Part shown: piece by piece, positions 55,173 through 64,000 of the stretch
Layout of the letters: every line of letters begins with the position of its first letter
Position numbering within the stretch: the first letter of the stretch is position 1
Assembly (NCBI GenBank): GCA_016746295.1
Contig: JAEAOA010000900.1
Span: 2,490,807 to 2,554,806 of the forward strand
Source: Potamilus streckersoni
Lineage: Eukaryota
Direction of reading: 5' to 3'
DNA length: 64,000 bases
The notes under the pieces: generated by a model
The model's input: the letters and a program-made list of their open reading frames with translations, nothing else
Told to the model about the DNA's origin: nothing
Databases searched by the model: none
Made by a program: the position numbers and the translations under genes

Positions 55173-57635
55173 CTGGAAAAAAGTTGAAGATAAATAGCAA
55201 TTGTTCTTTGGAAGCTGGTGTTTCACATGTGTCTATGTTGATGTACATGTTACCATCATGGACCTAACTTGCAACACTTCAACACAAACTTTAATACAAA
55301 ACATAACAATTTTATGTCACTACCATCTGACAAGTTCTACATCTCACGATGTGACAATGGATAAATCTTAACATAATTCTTGAATTTGATGAAAGACAAA
55401 TGATCCTATCGCTTGATCTCTTAAGAACAAAATTTGAAATATTTCAAGTCCGATTGCTGATGATTTCAATGTAAATGATCTCTAAATATATATTAAAGTT
55501 TACATTGATTTGTGTCAAGAAATCCTCTTATATAAAACACTATCCTTGACATTGGCTTATTCCTGGCTAAATATCAATCATCAAATAAACTGAGACAATT
55601 TGTTTTACTTGTCTTGCTGACAAAAGACATACAATGCCATTAACAGCAGTCTAACATCTACTAAAGTTACATATAACCAATTTGTATAATCTGTCATGTA
55701 AATTAATTTTTATAAGTAACGCAATCTAGTAAACATCAGGGATTCATTGAAGTCTTATGATACAGGTGAGATGTGCGAGTGATCTCTAAATGCAAGTGCT
55801 TTGGGATTTTGGAAGATCCCTGTAAAGATCTGGAGTAGATATACAAAGGATTAGGCAGAGCATTTTGTGTTTTCTCTGAATAGATAAACAAGTCCCTCCC
55901 ACTAAAATATTGAGTACATATAGAAAAAGCATATCATTGCATATTTACTTGCAAATACTATACTGAAAAAGATAGAAATTGCTTTAAGATCTAAATTACC
56001 TCTTTATTATAGACAAAAACATGCTTGACATAACTAAGGAGCATTAACAATTTAATTTTCATCCATACTGATAAAAAAGACATGATCTTCATTCATACCT
56101 CTTGTTTGCTGTATTCATTTTGGTATTTGTATTCTTGTCCAATTTCTGCCACAAGCATTAATTTTAATCTCTCTCTCTTTCTCTCTCTTTCAGTTTCTCT
56201 CATACATATCTTTAATGAATCATACATACTTACATGTAATAGTATGATATCATATTAATTTTGTGATGCTATCCATGTTAATTTCTTACTGGCTGAAGGG
56301 GAATGGCTTATTCTAAGTTGAGAGAACATGAAACCTGACCCTATGTGTTAACATTTATGGCAATGGAAATTCAAAATGAATCCCACTAAAGCCATGTTTG
56401 CTTGAGTATGCAGGTGTGCATGCATGAATTCCTGTTATGCAGAGGTGACAACTCATCTGCATACTTATCAGAGTCCTAACATGAATGTTTTAAAATCCAG
56501 ACATCCCTCCCAGAACGGATAACATATTTTATTAAAATTAACAAACTTCTATACATTCATATTCATCTTTCATTAAGCCTACACATGTGGATGTCCTTGG
56601 GAAGAAGGTCCAGTGAAAAAAGCATTACGATGTAGAATTTAATTTCCATGAGCAGGAACCTGTTCCTGGCTATGAATGAAAGAAACCAAACATTTCTTAA
56701 TGGAATTATAGATAGCTCCAGTCAACTAAAATAACATTGCTTATTCTACCTGCTAGACATTAGGTGCTATATGAGAGATGAGTCACTGATATATTTGAAA
56801 AATGTTAAAATGGTGTGTTGCTCAACCTCATCAGAACTCATTTTATGTCCCAATTCAGACTATTTTGGTCTAGAGAAACTGAAGTTGACAAGAGCATTGG
56901 ATAGGTCCTTATTTTGGCCTATGCCATCAATAGAGAGGGAATGTAGCTATCTGTGGTACTGAGGATTTTAACAGTTGATATGATTTTTCCTGCACCACTA
57001 AAAGAAAACTTGCCTTTAAAAACTTTCAGAGTGGTAGGGCTAAGCCAGGCATGTGTAACTTAATACAGGTGTTGGGCCAGATAACCAATTTTTGAAGCCA
57101 CACCTAGTGATGTAAATAAGATAAAACAAATGTAAAATAGTACTAAACAGAATCATTTAGGCCAGATATGTCCCAGAGTGGAGCATAAGAAAATAAAAAA
57201 TAGGTAGAGTATACTTCCATAAAGAAAACTCTCAAGATTTACTCAACAGTTGATTGGTACTATAAGACATGGAATATGTTAGCGACTCGTGGGAGTGCAT
57301 AGCAGCACAAGAGTAGTAATGATTGATGTCTATAGTCATTTTATTGGCACCGATCCATATGTCTAGGGAATAGGGGAGACAACTCTCATTTGTCTTCTTT
57401 ATTATATTATAATTGAATAACACATCTAAGAAATCTGAAGTTCATAAAGATGTTTCAGAATGCAGAATTTTCACAAAAATATTCATAATTTCACAAAATA
57501 TGTAATGACTGGTATCTATGCATTACTCAATTCATGCAATGGAACCCTGTAAACGTACCTGCCATAAAATCTTTTGCTGGAACTTTAACTTTTGATATAA
57601 AGTTCTTTCACAGGTACATCCTAAAGAATTCTTAC

Positions 57636-57730
57636 CGTAACAATATTTCTGTAATCTCACTGAGCTCTTTTTCCCATAATTCCTCATAGGCTGCCAACAT
57701 ATATGACTGTGGTCCCATTATCAAGCGAAC
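57636..57730 (-). CDS. MVP: MVP exon encoding VRLIMGPQSYMLAAYEELWEKELSEITEILL(R)
   Basis: Aligns to human MVP [30 protein letters not shown]. Acceptor cttcag|GTT, donor CG|gtaaga, and there is an in-frame stop 11 codons upstream of the acceptor. Confidence 0.8.
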
Positions 57731-57836
57731 CTGAAGAAGGTTTTGAACATTTTTTTTTTATTCATTTTCTCTCAATTAGCACATCATCACAAATTATGCA
57801 TGTACCTTTTCAATTGTAACCAGTTTTTAACTGATC

Positions 57837-57848
57837 TCGATCTCTCTC

Positions 57849-57898
<50 letters not shown>
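57837..57898. repeat. (TC)7 followed by (AT)~23 compound microsatellite
   Basis: tctctctctccaatatatatat..., read directly. The ORF 57743-57925 is an artefact of it. Confidence 0.95.
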
Positions 57899-57902
<4 letters not shown>

Positions 57903-60900
57903 ATAAATCCTATTGCTCTGGATAAAATTTTCATAAGCAAAATATTACTCAAATTTTGCAATGATTTCACACAAATATTACTGACTGTAAAGTTTATAAT
58001 ATATTTTGTATCTATTTTGCTTAAGAATTTGAGAAAATTTAATGTACTTAAAAAATTTCAGTAAAAGATTTATGAATATTTTATGAGCTTGAAAATTGAT
58101 TTGCAATTTATGAAACAAAAATATAAATTAAAGTGCAAACAGAATTATACATTTTCTAGTTTGATGTACAAGAAAAATTGGGTTATAAAACAAGTTACTG
58201 CAAATATTATCTTTACTGTTTTTGCAGTTGCTGAAACAAGACTTTTCCATAAATAAAGTAACAATACCATAAAATATTATCTTCCAGGTACTGTCTTACA
58301 GAGGAATATTATGTACAGTACATCAAAAAGAGCAAACCTACAACGAAAAACTGGTCCAAAAACAGCTTTAACTACTTGCAGGGATTGTTTACACAGCAAA
58401 ACTTGTAAAAACCTTTTGAAAAAATTGCTTAGAGTCATTAGCACATCTAGATGGCTTAATTTTTTTTGCTCCAACAGAATGCAAAACTGCAAAGAGTCCC
58501 ATGATGGAATTGGTACTCTACTTGCTGAGAATTTATAGAATCTACATTAGATCTATTGTTTCCTCTTGTTACTCATTTTTAATTGCTGAGTACTGAAGCC
58601 ATCTCAGATATCCAAGAGAAACTGCTCTGGTATTTTCTTATGCTTGGAGTTAGCATGTTTACAAGTACTGCATGTAGTTTTTTTTGGGGGGGGTAGGTGG
58701 GATAAAACTAGTTAAACTAGTTATAATTATTTAATACTTACCTGCTATTATTGCACTGCTTGCTTTTTCCAAGTCCGAGCTAAATACTCATTCCTTCAAT
58801 TAGTAACCGGAAGATCAGAATTGAAAATAACATGATCCTAGTCTGATTCCTTAGTCATAACCAAGATACAGAATACCTTCCGCTTTTGTTGTGGACTGAG
58901 ATAATAGAATCTCTTTTCTTGGTTTGCACCAAGACAAGGAAATCTGACTCAAGGGGTTACAATATATGTTGCCCCACAAATTTCTGCCATCTTTTGTGAT
59001 AAATAATGTAACCTCAAGAATAAGATTTCCTTGTCTTGGTACAAACACAACTATTGATTATTTTTCTCACCCATTGTTTTCCAATTAGTTTAAAAAACTC
59101 CCCATTTTTGGAATATAGTTTTCAGATTCAAAACATCATTTTTAATCAGGTACTATGGTTGCCTCTCACTTTATTAAGGTCATCAGGTTTTGTACTCTTT
59201 TATAAAATCTGAATAATTATACAACTAGAATATAGTTTTATATGCCACTCTTAAAAATAAAAATAAAATTCAGCTAAAAGGTTATAATTGTTACATTTTT
59301 GAATTATTGCACCATGAGGATTGGGATCATGTGCTATTATTTCTAAACAGTGCATCAATATGAATATATTAATGAAGTAGTGTGACCTGTCGACCCTAAT
59401 TACTAAAGTTCTATACATGAGAAAGAAACATAAAAACATTTACTATTATTATTGTTACCACATTTAATTGATGGATGTGATATGATGATAACAAGTAGTA
59501 TCTTTTATCTAGCTTTAACTTTCATCACTTAATAAAAAGGAAGTTTTATGGTAGAAAATGGTATAGTACAATACAAGGAATACTGTTCTAACAAGGTGTG
59601 TAGTGACTGAGATTACTAATTCATGATTTTTTGGGAAATTTAATTTTTTGTCCTGGAAATAAAGCAAATGTTGCTATTACTAATCCAATGATACACTACT
59701 GGGATATCTTCTTGTGGAATAGTGCATCAACTAATGGATGAACTACTGTGATTGGTAAGTACAGGAGTTTTCATTTGTATTTGATGACAATGTTTGATAC
59801 AACTAGGTCGGATTGGGGGTGTCTGACAAAGTTTGAAGAACATAGGTCTTACTTAACACATTTCTGACTGTTGCAAAGTTTACAATTGCTCGAGAGAGTT
59901 TGGAAATTATGAAGCCAATGATGTGTCTTGCCAGTGTCTGGAGCTCTACCAATCAGCTCTACTTTGTGTGCCTGTGTGTATGTCTCTCTCTCACAAAAAT
60001 GTTTTGTATGGTGTGTTATCAAAGTTGGAGGACCATAAGCTGATTTATGAAGTCCTTTTTATGATTTTTAAAAAATATTTTATAACAACTCCATCAAACA
60101 AAGCAGAAGACAACAAGGATTTCTTCTTTTTAAAAGTTGCTCCCAGTATGAGGACCCCCATGACCAAGACAACTGAGCCAAAACAACCAGACTGAGATAA
60201 GAAAAGGAGGATTAGAAAATGAGGTAAATAACTGTCACATGGGTGAGAATACAGACATCAGTGTTTTGGGAGTAGGTAATTTTTTCAACATTAAGAAGTA
60301 AGTGCTAGATAATTAAAATTAGTTTTACCCTCCCCACCACATTTTTTCATACATTATCTGCTACTATATCATTGTTGAATTTACCAGTAAGGAGGGAGGC
60401 TAATGGCACCAAACCAAAACTGGTGTAAGAAAACAAAGCACTTACCTTTGTGATAGGAAGCTTCAATAATGTAAGCTGGTAGATGGATTGGAACGCCACA
60501 TGCAATGCTTTCACAATTGGATCTAACAAGTAAATTCATTTAGTCTAGAGCACCCAAATAGAAGGTAGAGGGATGAAAAGGTAATATGAGACTGCTACAA
60601 AGTTTCTCTCATAACCTTATTGAATGAGGAGTTATTCAAGTAGGCCTAGGACACAGCAATAGCACTAATCTCATAGGCTTTAATTTTAACAGATGCTGCT
60701 TAGATTTTATCAAAAGTGATGATCTCCCTCCTTGTCATCAAAATAAGGGGAAGTAGACAAAACGAGTGTGGGGGTGGATGGGGTGGGTGGGATAGGATAC
60801 AACCTTAGTTCAATATTTACCTCACACTTAAATATCTGTCTTTCTTACTTCACGTCTACACTCTGTTAGGGTTCTACTGATATAACTATCATCAAAAGAG

Positions 60901-60958
60901 GTTCCCTATAGTTGTATAAGCACAAATCTGTTTATTGTATCTGAGACCGAAATATTCC

Positions 60959-61700
60959 TTATCTGTTTATGAACATTGCTCTGTGTGAGAAATCCCTTTC
61001 ACAGTCTGCTGTCTGAAGAGGTATATGCACAGCTTGTTCAGCCAGCTTCAATAAGTTGGGAAACTGTTCTGTGGTAGTAACATACACTTTTGCACTGGTC
61101 CAGTCTCTTGGAAATCTCTGATAGAAAATAAGATTTATCACCAACATGAACTCGGCCAATGTTTCACTTTCTTGAATCACTGTTTTACTGACTACCATGC
61201 CAGATTTCTGATCTGCTCCATAATGTTGTATTTGTGTTTTAAGTCCATCAATGCTATAATCTACTTGTACATACAAAGGTATTTTCATAAAATATATATC
61301 CTAACTTTTAATTTTTTTTTGATTCTTATTTACTCAATCTATATTAGCCTTTAAAGTCATGTAGCACAAAATTCTTCAGTACTCACCTTTTAAAATGCCT
61401 GAATTTTAATTTGACTTGGTATTCTCCATTTATACAATTTTGAAATACAGCTGAATAGGGTTTTACCATTATAATGCAAGTTTTTGTCCATCCAGCATGT
61501 ACATCAGACTCATATTCAACATCAGTCTTGGGCTAAAATTCACTCACTGATATTTCCAGTAACACTCTCCAAGCTCCCATAATCTGATAAACTTCCAAAC
61601 TTCCAAAATCCTTGCTATCATCATCTAGTATTAGCTGAATGAAATCATCATCAGCATAGTCACTTCACCAATTGTGGGGAAAACTCTTGATGGATTTGTT
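60959..61700 (-). mobile_element. hAT-superfamily transposase C-terminal (dimerisation domain) fragment
   Basis: The minus ORF ends ...FPNLLKLAEQAVHIPLQTADCERDFSHRAMFINR, matching the hAT C-terminal consensus ...FP.L..LA...L.IP.S.A..ER.FS.L..I...... Confidence 0.55.
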
Positions 61701-62273
61701 CACTTGAGACTGAACAACAAGCTCCCACTTTACTTCTCTCTAGTAGCAGATCAGAAGGCCTGTGCAATTGATACTTTCATTCTAAAGTTGGACTGTCCAT
61801 ATTAATATGCCTTCTCACCTTTCAACATGTTCCCCAGAAAGATAAGATCTCCACTTCATGGCTCATCCTGGATGCCCTGTCTGGACATATTGTCAACCTG
61901 GATATTCCATTTGCCCAGAAAATGGAGTTCTCAAAGAATTATCTACTAAAAGGCTGCTCATCCAAGAAGGTTCCAGACTTATATGCAAAGATAATGGGCA
62001 TGTGTACCTCCCTGATGATGGAGCTATGCTGTTACAGATATGTTGTCTAAGGTGACCATGAGACAACATGCCTTACAAGCTTGACACACCTCAGTGTTGT
62101 TGTTTTCAGCAAGAAAATTACTATGTCATCACTAACCAGTTTGGTTTCTATGAGTATGTGATTAGGAGAATATGTGCTGTGAATTGTCTGTCATTTGACA
62201 GGAGATGCCACATTGGTTTACTTGATTGTGCTGAATGAGATTTATGCTACTCATACTTTGGCACTGTAAATCT

Positions 62274-64000
62274 CTATTGAAAGTCTGTCACTCCAATACA
62301 GATAAGACTTTGCCAGTGATCCTGTGACATCTTCTCCACACTCAGGGTCAATGGTGAAGTGTTCAATGATGACTTGAGGGAATCACTGAAATATTTCTTT
62401 GACCACCCTGAGACTGCTTTCCATCCAATTTGCCATAAAAGATTTCCTATAGTAGTCACTTTTTTTGACATCATGGTGACATGGCCTGCCCATTTCAACT
62501 GTGATTTCATCAGCTGAATGAGGATGCATGGAATACATGCTCATGTGAGAAACTCAATTGCTGGGACCCATTCCTGCCATCTTCATTAGTTTCATCAAGC
62601 AGCCCATATAAAAATGGTCCAGTTTCTTGGCATGGCATCTATATACAATCCAGGTTTCTCAAGCATAGAGCTGTGTTGGCAACACAATGGCATTGTAGAC
62701 CTAAAATTTTGTTTGTAGAATGATGTCTTTTTACTCCCACACATTTGTACCTATTACACGAAAGGCCACATTTGTTTTAGCCATTCTGGCACTAGTTTCA
62801 TAATTGATGTGAACTGCACATGAGACTGTACTGCCTAGATGAACTTTCCCACTGCCAGAAGTGTTTGGCTATTTACTATGATGGTAGGCTCTATGTAAAT
62901 CTTTACTGGTACACCATAGTGTATCACTTGTGTCTTCTACATACTCATTGTAAGTGATTGTACGAAACTGTCAAAAGCTGAAGAGAAATGGTCCACACTC
63001 TATTACATGTCAAGCTCAGATATGGCATTCAGAGAACAATTGTGAGCAAATAGGAGATCACAAAGTCACTTCTTGTAGCTATGTCTTTGACTTTAGCCTT
63101 GTCAGATTGAAAAGCTTGCCATCTGCTGGTGTCTGATGTCAATCCCAGTTTTATATTCAAAACATCAGTAAGCATTGCCATATCACACCAAAGAGGGTTG
63201 AAGCAAACACACAGCCTTGCTCCACTGGTGACTGGGGGTGGTTCAGATGACTTGTTTTCCTCCACAAAATATTAGCTAGTATGCCATCATGGAATTGCTG
63301 AACCATCATGATGTATTTATCTGGGCAACCAAATGTTGTTATGATCTTCCATAGGCTTCCACATATGACTGGAAAAGGCTTCTGTAAGGTCCTGGTATTT
63401 CTTCTGGTGAGAATTCTGCTGGGTATTGACAGCAAGGAGATGCTTTAACAGTTGTTACTGAATTGTCTATTACCTTTCTACAAGTGCAACCTTGTACTCC
63501 TGGGGTATAGTTCTCAGAGTCCACATTAACTCAAAAGAGTTGTCAGTATGTGTGAGCCTATAGTTCTGTAGACTTCTGCTGGTACTGCATCTGTCCCAGG
63601 TGCTTTGCCATTTGACAGCAGGCCAATTGCTTTCAGTTTCAGTTAGCTTTGGAGGATCAGCAAGAAATGTGTTGACTGGTGCTGTTGAAGACTGCCTTCT
63701 TGATGGTAAAGTGATGTCCTCTAAAATTGCCTTTTGCAGCCAATGTTTCTCAGTCTCTGTATCATAGCATTATTCTCATCAAACCAATCTTGATGTTTAT
63801 GTGTGCAAGTTTCTGGAGAATACCTCTACATTCTCAGAGCTTACATCGATTGCATCAAGTTGACTGCAGTTTATCGACAAATGCATACTTCACTCTTGTT
63901 TCAATTTGGAGACATGAAGTTTTTTTTGGCAAGTGTTTGCTTTTGTGGTCATTTGCTTGGCTGTATTTGGATATTGAGCTTGGAGACGAGTCTGTGGTCA
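62274..64000 (-). mobile_element. Decayed LINE copy 2, same family as 47150-49420, covering the RT and C-terminal region and running off the window end
   Basis: The ORF fragments include ...QLKWAGHVTMMSKK... (the LRWAGHV.RM motif of CR1/jockey-type ORF2 C-termini), ...FHDGILANIL...VEQGCVFASTLFGVI... (RT motifs F.DD.A and GV.QGCVLSP.LF), and the upstream ...YTPGVQGCTCRKV... Confidence 0.7.

Noticed and set aside
60441-60517. Phase-compatible 77-nt segment with a good acceptor (ttgttag|) and a consensus donor (|gtaagtg) upstream of the first located MVP exon
   Set aside because: Its translation (PIVKALHVAFQSIYQLTLLKLPITK) has no convincing similarity to the strongly conserved MVP segment expected here (..DENEGIYVQDVKTGK), so it is not called as an MVP exon.

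Overview
This is eukaryotic (metazoan) DNA, not prokaryotic: it is AT-rich, packed with micro-, mini- and satellite repeats, carries SINE, LINE, LTR-retroelement, hAT, Penelope-like and foldback/MITE-like fragments, and contains GT-AG spliced exons. The one clear host gene is the 3' half of a major vault protein (MVP) gene on the minus strand. I placed 13 exons by hand between about 57.7 kb and 23.36 kb, encoding roughly 450 aa that align to the C-terminal half of human MVP, with a stop at 23358 and a candidate polyA signal near 23140. Its introns are 2-8 kb and hold a SINE with an intact 13-bp target-site duplication, two copies of one LINE family, a hAT fragment, a zf-BED-like ORF, a 33-bp minisatellite of about 25 units, a 25-bp minisatellite of about 34 units, a ~140-bp satellite family present in two different introns, and a ~190-bp dispersed non-autonomous repeat family. 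The 5' part of the window (1-17 kb) holds a Penelope-like GIY-YIG fragment, a rearranged Ty3/gypsy-like pol (two partial copies, one lacking RT) interrupted by a ~1.2-kb foldback element with ~410-bp inverted arms, and a LINE ORF2 3' fragment. There are no CRISPR arrays, rRNA genes or bacterial operon structure. A mollusc-like invertebrate origin is an inference only. All coordinates were placed by eye (about ±5 bp) and all homology is recalled from memory, not from a search.
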